Assembly (NCBI GenBank): GCA_023213395.1
Contig: CM041465.1
Span: 178,629,741-178,693,740, forward strand
DNA from: Cycas panzhihuaensis
Taxonomy: Eukaryota > Plantae > Cycadophyta
Reading direction: 5' to 3'
Length of the DNA: 64,000 bases
The translations under genes were made by a program, and so were the position numbers. The number at the start of each line of letters is the position of its first letter. Positions within the stretch are counted from its first letter, which is position 1. Shown one piece after another: positions 37,923-51,879 of this stretch. The notes beneath the pieces were generated by a model. The model was not told the DNA's origin and made no database searches. It worked only from the letters and a program-made list of their open reading frames with translations.

Positions 37923-38372
37923 TATTAAAATTTTAATAAGAACTTATGTAACTTGTAAGAAGATTATGTGGAGCATTTATATCAACAAGTAACTTATATA
38001 AACAAGAAATGAAATATGAATCATGAAGTGTTTAAGATAAGCATCAAGTATATTAAATAAAATATATATACATTAATATACTAATATACATATGTAGAAA
38101 AATATCTTCATGAGATACCAAATCATAAGAGAATGGTGGATCTTAACTCTCTCTTATTATCTCATCTTAAATCATACTTTGATATGTGTATATATTTATA
38201 GGTGCATCACCTTATGCATATCTAATAGGATATAACTACATCATTAACCAATGAAATCATATCAATATATAGACAACTCAAATCATGTGTGAGAACCTTT
38301 TGCAATGACCAATCACATGTCATCCACTAATTAAATATTATATCAACTTTTATAAAATACAATATTCTAACA
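37923..38372 (-). repeat. copia-type LTR flanked by both a PBS (37911-37922) and a PPT (38373-38385)
   Basis: Plus strand ACTCTAATACCA|TATTAAAA ... TTCTAACA|CTCTCCTTTAATG. Confidence 0.7.
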
Positions 38373-39549
38373 CTCTCCTTTAATGTTTAACTTGTAAAAT
38401 TTATAAATATCTTTATAATATGGATCACTTATTTGTCATTATTCTTATATCACCTATAAATATCAATCAAATATATCTTTAATATATTTATTCAAGCAAG
38501 TGTCATATCATACCATATCATCATCAAATCTAACTTAAACTCATCATAATATATAAAGTCTCTTCTTAGTAACTTTATTTCCTCCACTCATAAGATACAA
38601 AACAAACTCATCAACATACCATATTATTGATGTTTATAACTATTTATCAAATTGCATGGGTAACTATCCAATATAATCACTAATTATATAAAAAGTATTT
38701 CTCATACATGGTTCTTCAACTTCATTAATAAAAATAATATATTTCAAGAATAAACTAAACTATTCAACCAAACAAATATATTAGAACAAAAGCAGATTAT
38801 GAATTTTCTCTCACCTCTTATCCTACAAGATATAAGAAATCCATGCTATCTCTATTAATGATTCTACATAAGGTAACCCTTCTAACAATCTAATCTTTTC
38901 TTTTAAAGTTCCTCCATGTATTGAATTAATGACCTTTTGGCTATTTAGCATTTTTTGACAACCATTCTTTTAATTAATCTCTCAAACTAACTTTAGGAAT
39001 AAGATGCATTGCCTAGCCTATCAAGTTTATTACAATAAGGTAATACATAATGTGTTCTATACCGCTTATCATATATGGTGATTATATTTCTAATTGAAAA
39101 CATATATAAGATAGACTCTTCAATAATTAATCCTAGTTTTATGGATAATCTATAACCATTATTGTTAATCAATTAAATAGTCAATCTTATAAAACCTCTT
39201 ATTATCTTATATCATGTGGGTAACTCAACCAATCAACCTTAAATCATAATCAAACACTCAATTAATAATATTTGAATCCTTAGGTAGTGTTATTTGACCT
39301 ACATTCATTCATTAAAACTATTAAGTAATCATTGTATCCTTCATCAAATTAAGTGATCAATCATTATTAGTCCTTCATCATGAACTTGAGTTATGGTAAT
39401 AACTATATAGTTAGGAATGAACATAATACGTTAAGGGTGAATCTAAGGTAGGGATAGTGTAGATGGTATTATAATGATAGTAATTATTAGTTTAAGGAGG
39501 TGGGTAGTACATTAGAATATGATATATAAAGTATAAGATGAGACCTAGC

Positions 39550-40750
39550 TGATGTCCAAGCGATTGTGGTTTAAATCAAGTTATCATAATTATAGTCTCA
39601 CATGAGATTCAATGGTGGATATTTGATGTTTTCCTATAGGATACACTTAAGTTATGATCTTATTTTATAGTTTAGTATTTATTTTTAATGAGCTATAGTT
39701 GATCTTATATCCTCTTAACCCTAGTTAAGAGAACATGATTGCAATCTATTTTCAAGGAGGAGTATCCTTAGGTAGATGAATAGCTATAAGTGGTTACAAC
39801 AAGTTAACCAAATTCCTACTCAAATGTAATAACAATTATTATAATATTTATTCTTCATTAATGAATTGTCCATTAGGAATAATATGGACATATAATAGTT
39901 ACTAATAAACAACCCAAATGAAGATCTAATAGTTGTTGATGAGAAATGTACAAAAGGACTCCCTAATAGACAAGTAGGTACACTAGCCAATTACCCATGT
40001 ATCTTAGTGGATGGTTGTTCCTTTATATGGACATCAGTAAATCCATTAAAAATAAGAAAGAAGCACAAATAATAACACATTTGAGTTAGTCTAAATAATA
40101 ATGATAATGTGTGTACAATATGCACGGAAGACAAAGGAAGTTTACTTGTCCTTTTTAATAGGTTATTAGAAAATAATGATAGTGATTCAAATCGCTTGAT
40201 GTATAGAATTTAATAGCAAAGATGACTAATAATAGGTCTAAAAAGAAAGTAGTAGGAGTTGGTATACTAAAGATCTAACATTCTCACAAAATTTATAGAA
40301 TGAATAAAGTTTTGAGAAGTTCATAAAGCTTCTTGATGTTTAGGATAATGAAGTAAACATTAAGAGGAAGTGTTAGGATTATTAATGTTTACATAATGTA
40401 CAGTTATTAGGTCATGACTTAATAATGTACATCCTCATGAGGATCATAAGGTTATGGCCATGCTAGTATTAGAAAAGAATATTAATTTATACATTTATAA
40501 GGTATGGGAGTAATTTCCCAGTGAGGTGTTTTTCACATATATACCTACACGTGTGTTATATAACTCACTTTCTAGTTATTGTAACTACCATAACTAGGTG
40601 TCACTCATTTGGTTTATAACTTTTTATTTACCTAGGTGGTTCATATTCATAAGAGTTTCATGCACATGCATAAATCTATAATTAATTAGATGTAATAAAT
40701 TAAACATCTCAATTTTATTATCCCATGTTTTAATATATGTTAATTAGTAA
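39550..40750 (+). mobile_element. Heavily deleted copia remnant (gag-like traces, RNase H end, PPT, 3' LTR from 40371)
   Basis: ILTKF...FEKFIKLLDV* followed by TTAAGAGGAAG|TGTTAGG; outer limits approximate. Confidence 0.55.
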
Positions 40751-41336
40751 TTAGAAATGTATATAGATTGTAAAATAACCATGCCAAAGAGAAAGTATAA
40801 TAGCAAGATCAATTTATGATGAGAGCCCTTAGTCAGATATAAGAGTGTAAACTTCTTAGATGGGTGTTGGAATTTGAATTGGAATTACTAATAGATTATA
40901 ACATAGATGGTTTAAGAGATGGAAATAAATCATGCAAAGGATAGCTCAAGGGAAAAATCAAAAAATAAAAATAAACTAGTCTAAAAACAATTAAAGATGT
41001 GCTCATAAAGGAAGAGCCAAATAAACTATGGTGGGGAAATGAGCCCTAAGTTATCAACCATTTTATTATTTTTAAAAGGAAAAGTACAAAGGATGCATGA
41101 AACAAATTGGGTACTTACTAAACATGATAGGATATAGGTTTATCAAATATCTCTCTCATTTTTATCTAATATTCAAGCTTTGGCAATTCAATGTGGTAAA
41201 GATATAAGTAATCTAATATATAACATTATTATAAATATTTAGAATCAATACCTTTGGAAGGACATATGCTTCAAAATGGTAAAAAATGATCTAGAAGATG
41301 TTATAGATAACTATATATTATGCTTTAGATCATTTT

Positions 41337-41498
<162 letters not shown>

Positions 41499-41739
41499 AA
41501 GATCATCTAAAGGATAAATAATTCATTTAATAAGGGTGTATTTATGCTAGAAAATTATTAGAGTTGTCATGGAACGCATGGATCTTAACTTAGCAATGAG
41601 TTAGATTATTGTTAGAAGTTGCTTTTTATTTTTGTTTTTTTTCCTAATGAAGTCAAGTCAAAAATTAAAAACTAACATGGAAACATAAAAATATTGAATT
41701 CATGTGGATGAGTCCATCAATAGTATGAGTGATATATGT

Positions 41740-43185
41740 AAAAATTCTAACTAAGATCTATCTAAAAATAGATTAAAAAAATACACCAAGAAAATTGATT
41801 TCATAAGTATATTAATTCATCTCATTCTCACTGAAAATTTACAACATGCAAACATATGTATTTAAACTATTACAAAAAGAACCCTACATGTTCCTAACTT
41901 GACACTTGTGTGAAATGTTGAATAGCCCTTAATAACTCATCATTCTCATAATAACTAATAAATAATAAATTGAAATACAAATCATAAAGGGTAGGGGCTC
42001 ATAACATAAAGTTATGAGCCTATTAAACATTAATATTCAATACTTTCCATTAATGTTTACATCATTCTTTCTAATATCTAAACTAACTTAGAACGTTTGA
42101 AATCTATCTCTAACAAATAGTTTGGTAAAAATATCAATTAGTTGCTCTTCAATTGGCCTATACACCATTTCATTCACTTTATTCTATATTAGTTCTCTTA
42201 TAAAGTGATAATGCACCTCAATATATTTGGTGCGACCATGAAACATGAGGATTTTAGCTATCTTTAATATACTTTGATTATCATGGTACAATTTAATTAG
42301 TTCTAATTTATGTAGACCAATATCCTCTAGAATATTGCATACCTAAATGGATTTTATAACTACTAAGATTATAGCCTTATACTCTAGTTTAGTTGATGAA
42401 AGAACAATATTGGGTTGCTTCTTCCTACTCTAAGTAACCACAAATAACCTTAAACCAAAAGAATATCTAGAAGTTGACTTTCTACTATCTACATATTCAA
42501 CATAATCAGAATCTATGAATCCTTCTAACCTGAAGTTATTATTATGTATAATTCTAACCCATATTGTAATATGCCCTTCAAGTAATTAAGGATCCTCTTT
42601 AAAGCTTCTAATGATCCTATTTTGGTATTGCCCTAAACTTGGAGTTCATTCTAACTATAAATGAACTATTAATTTTCTTTGTAATCAAGTAGATTAAACT
42701 ACTAACTAGTTGCTTGCAAATTATAGTATGAATATATACTCCACCATTTTCAGTTATTTACTTGGAACCTATCTCCATGGGATAGGCATAAGCTTATAAT
42801 CATCCATTCTAAATTTCTTTAGAATTTTCCAAGTGAATTTCTCTTATGGAATGAAGATACGTCTAGGCCTTTCCATACTTCCATTCTAAGGAAGTAATAA
42901 ATTGTACTTAAATCTATCATCTTAAAGATGTAGCTTAGATATATCTTTAGGTTTGATATCATATTAATATTTTTACTTGTGATTAGTAAATTATCAATAT
43001 AAAACACAATGAATATTACCTTGTTATCTAAAACCTAATATATAAATTTGAGTTAATTAAAGACCTCTCAAATTTATTTTTCTAAAACTACTAATTAATT
43101 TTCTTGTACCAAGATCTTAGAGTATATTTTAAGCCATACAAGGACCTTTTGAGTGGACATACCAAGTTCTCCTTGTTGAAATAGC
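41740..43185 (-). mobile_element. copia 3' fragment (RT-RH, PPT, LTR)
   Basis: FYIDNLLIT (42819-43007) and FHGRTKYIEVHYHFIRE; PPT then LTR starting at 42042. Confidence 0.85.
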
Positions 43186-43199
43186 TTAGTTCATACTTT

Positions 43200-46100
43200 A
43201 TGAGGTAAATTTGTAATGCACGTTTGTGCAAATTAATATTATTATGATATTATTATAACATTATTCTGGTGTTAATTTAAGGTATCTTAAAGGTACCATT
43301 GTGATCCTAGTATTTATTTATTTTTATTTGTACATTATCTCGCTAGAATGAGTGAAATACTTTATTACTTTCATTAATTATTTCAAAGAAATTTTAGGTT
43401 TTCCTAATGAGGAAAAAATCGTAAACCTTTACTTACTTCAAATAGTTTAAAGAGGTTGTATAGAATAAATGTGGTGAAAAAACTAAAATCTTATGAACTG
43501 ATAATGGTAGAGAGTATAATTCAAATGAATTTACGTAATTCTATAAGGATCATGGACTTAAGAGGTAATTTACCACTGCCTATATACCTTAATAGAATGG
43601 AATTACTAAGTAGATGAATAGAACTTTGATTGAAAAAGCTAAAGTGATGATGTGAGGCAAGGATGTTACAAATTTATTATGGGCAAAAATTGTCAATACA
43701 ACTATATATATAACAAACAAAAGCATTACATGGGTTGTTAGAAACATAACACTTGAGGAAGCTCGAGCAGGTAAGAAACCAATTGTAAGTCATTTGAAAA
43801 TCTTTAAGTGTACAACATACATATATATTTCCAAGTAGAAACAATGAAAGTTGGATAATAAAAGCGTGAAGTGTGTCCTTATTAGATACTATAAAAAAAA
43901 TAAAGCATATAGGGTATACAAGTTGTAAACTCATAAAATTCATATAATTCATGATGTAATCTTTCAAGAAGTTGAAACTCATAATATTAGTTTAAAGGAT
44001 ATTAAGGACCAAGTTAAGGAGTCACCTAAATGCAGTTCTTCATGTGACATTATTCAACCAGAATCTAAGTTGTTTGACATTGGTAAAGTAACAAAATTAG
44101 AATCCTTTTAATTTTTAGAATCTAATTTTAAGAAGAATCCTAAGAAAAAGTTGAAGCTAAAGCATAAGTTAAAGCCAAAGAAATTGTTTAATGCTTCATC
44201 TTTAGCTTTAAAAAATAAGCTTCTAAAATGGTATTTGAAACTATGGAGGATGTTGAGAAATTATTACTTGATTCTAAAGGAAAGCGAAAATAAAAAATAT
44301 GACCCTCTAAACATGTGACCATGGCTCTTATGGCATGTATGCTAAATGCAAATGAACCATCTACAATCGAAGAATCACTCAAAGAACAGAAGTGATATGA
44401 TATGATAGAGATTGAAGTCTAAGCGATTAGAAAAAACCATGCATAGGATTTGGTAGAATTACATGTTAGCAAGCACATAATTGGATGCAAATGGATCAAC
44501 AGGGTAAAGTTTAAATCAGGTAGATCTGTAAACAAATATAAAGTACGACTTATAACAAAAGGCTTCAAGCAATAATAAGGAATCAACTACTAAAAAATAT
44601 TCACTCCTATTACAAAGATGAATACCATTCATCTCATTATGACAATAGTTGCACAATTCAATTAGCAACTATACCAGATAGATGTGAAAAATACATTTTT
44701 GAATAGGGATTTAAACAAAGAAGTCTACATGGAGTAGCCACCTGGATTTGTTGAGAAAGATCATGAACACTTGATATGTCGACTAAGAAATGCCTTGTAT
44801 GACTTAAAATGAACTCCTAGAGTCTAGTATTAAAAGATCAATTAATATTTTTTTAAGAATAGATTTTAGAGATCTCGAATTAACTCAAAGTTATACATCA
44901 AAGTAAAAAATAATAAAATCACATTTGTGCTGTTGTATGTTAATGATGTATTAATCACAGGTAATGATATAGATCTGATATTATGCTTGAAAGTAGATCT
45001 TAGTCATTTCTTTGAGATGACAAATTTAAGGATTCTATACTACTTTCTTAGAGTGGAAACATGGCATATGTTTGAGCATATCTTTATCTCATAGGTGAAG
45101 CGCATTTAAAAATTTCTAAAGAAATTCATAATATATGGTTGTAAACCCGCACCTACTCCCATGGAGATAAGTTTTTAATTAACAGTAGAAGATAATGAAG
45201 TAAATATGGATTCAACATTGTATAAACAACTAGTGAAAAATATAATATACCTTATTGCTACTAGACCTAATATATCTTTTGTAATTGGAATGGTTCCTAG
45301 ATTTATGGTAACGTCAAGATAGTCACTGGAAAGCTACAAAGAGGATCCTCAAATACTTAAAAGGGACAATTCAATATAGACTTAAATTCTAGCATAATGA
45401 TAGTTTCAAGTTGATAAGATTCATAGATTCTGATTGGACCAGATGCATAGATAGTAAAAGGTTGACTTTTAGATATTGTTTTAGTTTAGGTTCAACTACC
45501 ATCACATGGAATAGCAAAAGGTAATCAAATGTTGATTTATTCTCTATTAAAGTAAAGTACAAGGCTATAGTGACAATAGTTACTGAATCAATTTAATTGC
45601 AACAAATTCTTGAGGACATTAGACTATAATAATTAGAACTAACTACCTTGTATTATGACAATTAGAGTATCTTAAAGAATATAAAAAATCCTACATTCTA
45701 CACTCACACTAAGCATATTGAGGTATACCATCACTTTATTCAATAATTAATTTTAAAATGTGTGATTGAGATTTCGTATAAGCCAATAGAAGAATAATTG
45801 GTTGATATCTTCACCAAACTACTGGTACATGATAGATTCTAGACTCTCAAGGATGGTTTAGGTGTTAAAAATAATAAAATAAACATTAAGAGAGAGTGTT
45901 GCGTATTATTATTTATTTTATGCTCAAAACTTTAAGTTATGAGCCTCCCCTTAATATTTGTATTATGTTAGGTTTAGAATTTTTTAAATATATATGAGTG
46001 ATGAGTCAATAGGGGTTATGACTCTTACCTCATATATTATTTTAGGTAAGATTAATATTCTATTTCAATGTTGTATTTAAATGCATACAGTGCATTGTAA

Positions 46101-46266
46101 AAATTGTAACATAAGAGTAAGAGTAAGAGTAAAGGTAAGAGTAGTAGTAATTGTAATGAAAGATGATTTAGAATAATATTTTATCAAATGTTTTAAAATT
46201 AATTTTCAATGTTTGATAGGTTATTCCTTCCAATCTTAATATCCATTGCATGCCTTACTATTAACA
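43200..46266 (+). mobile_element. copia fragment (INT-RT-RH, PPT, 3' LTR 45898-46266)
   Basis: TDNGREYNSNEF, IGCKWI, YKVRLITKGF, YQIDVKNTFLN, HTKHIEVYHHFI; AAGAGAGAG|TGTTG; ends TTAACA. Confidence 0.88.
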
Positions 46267-47609
46267 AGGGGCCAAGACTAACTCCAGATTTTTAATATGA
46301 CAAATCCTAGAATGTGGCTAGCCCCTCCTAGGCCTGAGTTAAATCTAGTATAAAAGAAATGCTTAAAAATATAAACTATTAAAATGAAGCAAACAACTGC
46401 TAAATTAAATACCCAATGAAGCACAATGCAATGAAATAAATAAAAAAATAAACATGCATAAGCAAGAAAAGTAAGAACTTGACTTGCATTTATAATTAAC
46501 TCTACTATTGTTGAAATGGACACTTTTTCTTTCTGAAAGCAAAAGAGATGAAAAGGTAAAGACGCTAACTTGCCAAAAATACTCCTCATAGAGTCTTTTA
46601 TGCAAGCCTTTCTGTTCTAATCTATAGACATTCACTCCTTTTGCTTGCTAAACAAGTTGGCAAACAAATAGAGATAACAAAATATTATCCACTTGAAAGG
46701 GGTTGGCAAAAACCTCTCAAATGGTGGAAATGAAAAGAAATAATATGAAAATCTAGAAAACACAACTAAAATCAAAATGAAACGAAACTCAAATGATATT
46801 GACTAATCGTGTAAAAAATTAGGCAGTATGCCCACTATACCTTAGGAAAACTTCACAATAAATGAGGGATAAAGCTTCAAATCCTACAGAAAAAATGTGT
46901 TAAACTATGAAAACCTAACATGCCACTATAAATTGATGAAACAAGTGAAATCCAATCAAAACAAACAACAAACATTAAATCTCTAAATCTATGAAAATTT
47001 TGGCAACATTTCTACTACACTTGGAGAATTTCTAATAGAAATGTTAGTTGAAAGTCATAAAAATCACTGCAAAGAAGGTTAATAAATAAAATATTTGAAA
47101 ATTTCAGAAGACTATACAAGCATAAAGGTTTTGCATAGATGGGCTAGTTTTATGACCATTCAAGAAAATGATTGGAAAAATATTAGTGAAATACTCATAA
47201 ATAAAGATGATAAGCTTTTGACTAAATTTTTGGTAGGGAGGGAGATGGAGTCTACGATTGTGACGCAATTTAAACAACTTGATACTGGTAGGTAAAAGAA
47301 GTTTAGGTTATTATGCACAAGGCACCAGGCTTAAACCTTTATTATATGGTAGTGTATCTAATGCTACAACGATGGCATGCTCTCCTCTTTCAACTTTGTG
47401 GATGACTAGAGAATCTCTCAAAGCATTGAAAGGTGTGATCTGACCCTATTTTAGGGTGGGACTGCCTATCCTCAAGATTCTGCATTGGTACTAATGATCA
47501 TTATCAGTTTGTAATGAAGATCATCAATTGGTTCAAGTTCCTTAGAGATCGCATTAGGATAGTCAAGCTCAAAGCTAGTTTTATGACTAGGTCATTTCTT
47601 CCCCAAAGT

Positions 47610-47825
47610 GGATTCAAGCCTTATTTGTTTGTCAAAGTCGGAGGTTCATGGTTTTGATAATGTGTGGATGTAAATCTAGGGTAGTATGATCTTGCGCCTT
47701 TATTAGTTGGGAATAGGATCAAGCCTTATTTGTTTGTCGAAGTCGGAGGTTCATGGTTTCGATGATGTGTGGATGTAAAGCTAGGGTAGTATGATCTTGC
47801 GCCTTTATTAATTGGGAATAGGATC
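47610..47825. repeat. Tandem duplication, 2 x ~105 bp
   Basis: Units 47610-47715 and 47716-47820, differing at a handful of positions, bounded by GGAT(T)C. Confidence 0.95.
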
Positions 47826-48201
47826 TACGTCGTTCTTAGCTTTTTGTTAGGGATGGTTTTTGGTTTCGTTTGGCTTAACTTCCATTTGTGGGATCCTAGG
47901 GGGTAGAGTTCTTCCTTCGCCCTTTGGAGTTTTTCCTCTTGAAAACAAATTGTTTGATTTGCTTTTCTCTTAAGGGTTTGGTGGGGAGGTTTGAGATGTT
48001 GTTTGGTGGTTTTTGACTATGATAGAGTTTGGATTATTATTAAAGGGTGTATGAAGTTGCTTAGTTTTTTGGTGGTTTCAATTTTGAATGTTTGTGGGAT
48101 TGTGTGGTGGTATTTTCAAGTTGTGTGTAGCGCTTAGTGTCCTATTATGGTATTTGATCAAACAATGTCAGATAAACTTCTTAAGTGTTAAGCATTGGCA
48201 G

Positions 48202-48327
48202 TTGAATTCAACTTCATCCATCAACGAAAGCAAATCCCTCACATGTTTGGATGGAACAATTTGAAGTCAACTTCATCCATCAACCAAAGCAAATCCTTCA
48301 CATGTTTGGATGGAACAATTTGAAGTC
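48202..48327. repeat. Tandem duplication, 2 x 59 bp
   Basis: TTGAAKTCAACTTCATCCATCAAC..CACATGTTTGGATGGAACAAT repeated. Confidence 0.95.
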
Positions 48328-51300
48328 TAAACTCCTCTGTAACCAGTAACTAGTGAAAACAAAATTTTTTCTATCATCAACAGGGGTGTAAGTGCACTAT
48401 TAGAGGTTCTAAATTTGATTTGTTTGACTCTATTTCTACGCTTCGATATTCCAAATGTTCGGTAATATAAAGTGATTTTCTGTCTAGTGACTTGTAAATT
48501 AGTGATTGTGTTTATGAATTGCACTAGTGGGCTGGATCCAATTGGAGTTTTGTGATTGTTTTATCTTCAACCTGATTTAAATTATCTGACCAATAGTGAG
48601 GATGTTGTCAATGGTGGAATGCTTTGAGTGGCGCTACCACTATTGTTCATGGTGCATGTTTGGGCATCAAATCAAAGATGGTGCTGTGAGTTGTTTGTAT
48701 CCAAGGAGAAAAATTGAATGGATATCCACTCAGGTGGCGAATCTGGCTATGGGTTGCTAAGTTTGGTCAGCACATTTATTTGATCAATTCTTTGTTTATG
48801 TGGATCAGCCTAAAACACTTGTTGGTTCGGTCGACCAGCAATGTGTTGACCTATTTCTAGCGACAGATTATGGATGGCTTGGCGCAGTATAATGCGACTC
48901 TCTGAGGTTCTCGTAGGGGCTTTTATGTTTGCATCAGAGTGGTGTCTATGGTATCTATGGTATGTTACTTCAGCTGGAACTTTCTCGTGGAGTTTAGATG
49001 GTGTAATAATGGGATAATGGATCGGCATAGCCGTCGATCCATTTATGGGTGAACGACCCGTTTAGGATATTACAGTTGTTGGTCGTGTAACATATGTGGC
49101 AGTCTTTCTTACCCGTGGGATTTCAATGTGTACTGGATGACTATGTAGAAAAATGGTGATTTCTGGTACGTAATAGCAGTTATAGGCGCCTCTGAGTGTG
49201 GCAATTAATGATGGCCGAATGTGCTCTTTAACGACGGTCGCCATTGGTATAATTGTCATTCAGAGCTTTCTTGTGGGGAGCGTCTGTGATTGTTTCGACT
49301 GACTGCCATCGTGTATAACATGGCCGTTGGCTTTGCTACTTTTTCACATGGTGCAGGAGGATGGGTAGCTATTTGTTATGGTATGCTAGATGGGTGGCTG
49401 CTCTTCGTGGTACCTGTTGGGAACTCCCGTTAGTTGTTGGGAAGACCAGGTGCCAACTCATCGTGTCTTGACGTTATGAATTTGTTTTAATTTTGAGGGA
49501 TATTTAATGGCGGTAGCTCATGGATCCATGTAGTTTTTGGCAAAGTTGTTTTTGACATGTGTGGTAGTGGTAGCTTGGCATGCAGATTTTATGGGACGCA
49601 GCACAACTTTTCTTGTCTTTAATGGTAGTGTGGTACAACTTGCCACCGCTTTAATTTGTGTGAATAAATGTGCTATGGTTCTTATGAGGGATTTTATGTT
49701 GTTTGCAGTTGAGAGATTAAATATTAGTTGGTTGTGTCTATTTTTTATATTTTATAATAGTTTTATGTTTTCAGATGGTGTCCAACAATTTTTTGTCAAT
49801 TTTTCTGAAACAAGCAAGGTCAAGTGCAAGTTTTGGGCGATTTTTATAGAATAATTCTCTCTATCTCATAGTGTCTTATATTAAAGGGTCAATCTCATTT
49901 TACAAAGATTTTACCTATAAAAAAAAACAAAAGAAAAAAAAAATGAATGGCACTCCAAAGTCCTCAAACTTATAAGAGACATGCCATAAAACAAAAACAT
50001 TAAATCATTAAAAATGAGAAAATTCTAATAGTAATTCTATAACACTTAGAATTTTTTTTCAGAAAAAGTGAGCTAAAAATCCCTAAATCTTATAGTAAAC
50101 AAATTAAAAGCATAAAAATCCTATGTCCACCAATTATTGTTAGAAAAACTTACAACAAATTGCTAAAACGATCAACAAAAAACTAAGAAATTTATGAAAA
50201 CCATAGCGATCTAACTATAAAACAAAAGTGCTAAACTAAATTCATGGAACCTGCAAACAATATATGTTAATAATGCAAACAGACGATGGTTAGCTAACTC
50301 TCATAAACTAATATTATATATTAGACAATTTCAATAGTGAAAATTCAAAGAAAAACACCACATAAAACCACAAATCATGCCTCTTATTAGTGTATGCCTC
50401 ATTTGCATAGTGGATTAGCCTTGATTTAGTCCAACAATTATTGAGTGTGGAGGGTAGAAGATAAGTATCAAGAATATCAAAAACCAAGTAAAAACAATTG
50501 GTGAAAACCTCCCAAATAAGAAATCTAGCGACACATCAACTAGAAACCAACAAATCATCATAATAAGTGCTCAAGAATGGACTCGATCTAACTGCTTAAG
50601 GTTCCAATGACAGCTCCACAATATTCCAATGTAAAAATAGGTTAAAAAACAAACCCACAAGCTCAATAAAAAAATCAATAGCATAACATTACTCCAAAAA
50701 AATGCCAGCCAAAAATAACTCTACCTAATCATATTTACAAACTAAAATTGGGCCAAAACCATGGGCCCAAAACAATGGCCACCCACGATTTTGCAAATCT
50801 TAGAGCCCTAAATATCTAAAAATATATTTTAAAACAAGGACACTGATTTTGATGTGATTGTGATTCATCACAATGTGTGTTAAGAAACCATGGCTAGTCA
50901 GGGTGGCATTATGATGTATCAAAATGGCACTGTGACAAAGTGTCAATGTACCCTATGGCACCATAGTGAAAGGTGTCAAGGTGTGTCATAAATGATGTGG
51001 CACTATGGCAAGTCAATGCAAGCACCATGCTAAAGGGGCAACAAATAATGCAGTGATGTGACAAAGTCAACAATGTGACAAGGCAAGCACCATGCTAAAA
51101 TAATACAACACTATGATAAAAAGTCAATTTTTATTGCAATCTGAGAAGAAACGTTGTAGCATGATAGGAAAAAAAATGAGAATTAGAAATATAATAATGA
51201 AACAAACCATCGAATGCAATCCTGACTTTACAGAAGCACTACACGAAGGGGGATACCAAGCATATTTTAAGGGAAAACATGAAAGTAACGACTAAGTAGG

Positions 51301-51391
51301 CTAGGTTTCAAACAAAATTGGAACTATATATCACCATTGTGCATAAATATTTTACATCATTAGTAATTTAAAAATACATATAAATATAGAC

Positions 51392-51454
51392 TTTTATGCA
51401 AAGCATATATTTTCATGCAAAACACTCATTTTCATGCAAAGCATACATTTTCAT
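51392..51454. repeat. Minisatellite, ~3 x 20 bp
   Basis: TTTTCATGCAAAGCATACA-like unit. Confidence 0.8.
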
Positions 51455-51789
51455 ATGAGGACTAATATCTATATTACAATAACTTAAATTTTTAAACTTA
51501 AAAGAATACCTCCATTTTCAAAATGTTTGATGGAGGAATCAAGTGATTTCAACAAGGGAATTGAAAGTTAGAATCCAACCACATCTTATCATTTTTAGCC
51601 TTGACAAGAGTAATGTCTATGGTATAGATGTTCACATAAAACTATATTAAAAATCAATCCACAATGTCAATCAAATCACAAAGCAAACATAGTGTACCTA
51701 GCCATATTGGGGTGGCCCAAAATCTAGTAAATAATAGCATGAAAATGAGAGTTCATAGTATTGAAGTCACTATTAAGTAACCCCAAATA

Positions 51790-51792
<3 letters not shown>

Positions 51793-51852
<60 letters not shown>
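51793..51852. repeat. (CT)n(AT)n microsatellite
   Basis: Seen directly. Confidence 0.98.
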
Positions 51853-51879
51853 ACTTTGCCTAAATCTGGTGGAATGAAA

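Larger units (their letters stand above)
47215..49942 (+). mobile_element. Poly(A)-terminated insertion (LINE-derived or non-autonomous retroposon), no recognisable ORF
   Basis: G/T-rich block inside A-rich flanks, ending TTTTACCTATAAAAAAAAACAAAAGAAAAAAAAAA. 5' boundary and TSD uncertain. Confidence 0.4.
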
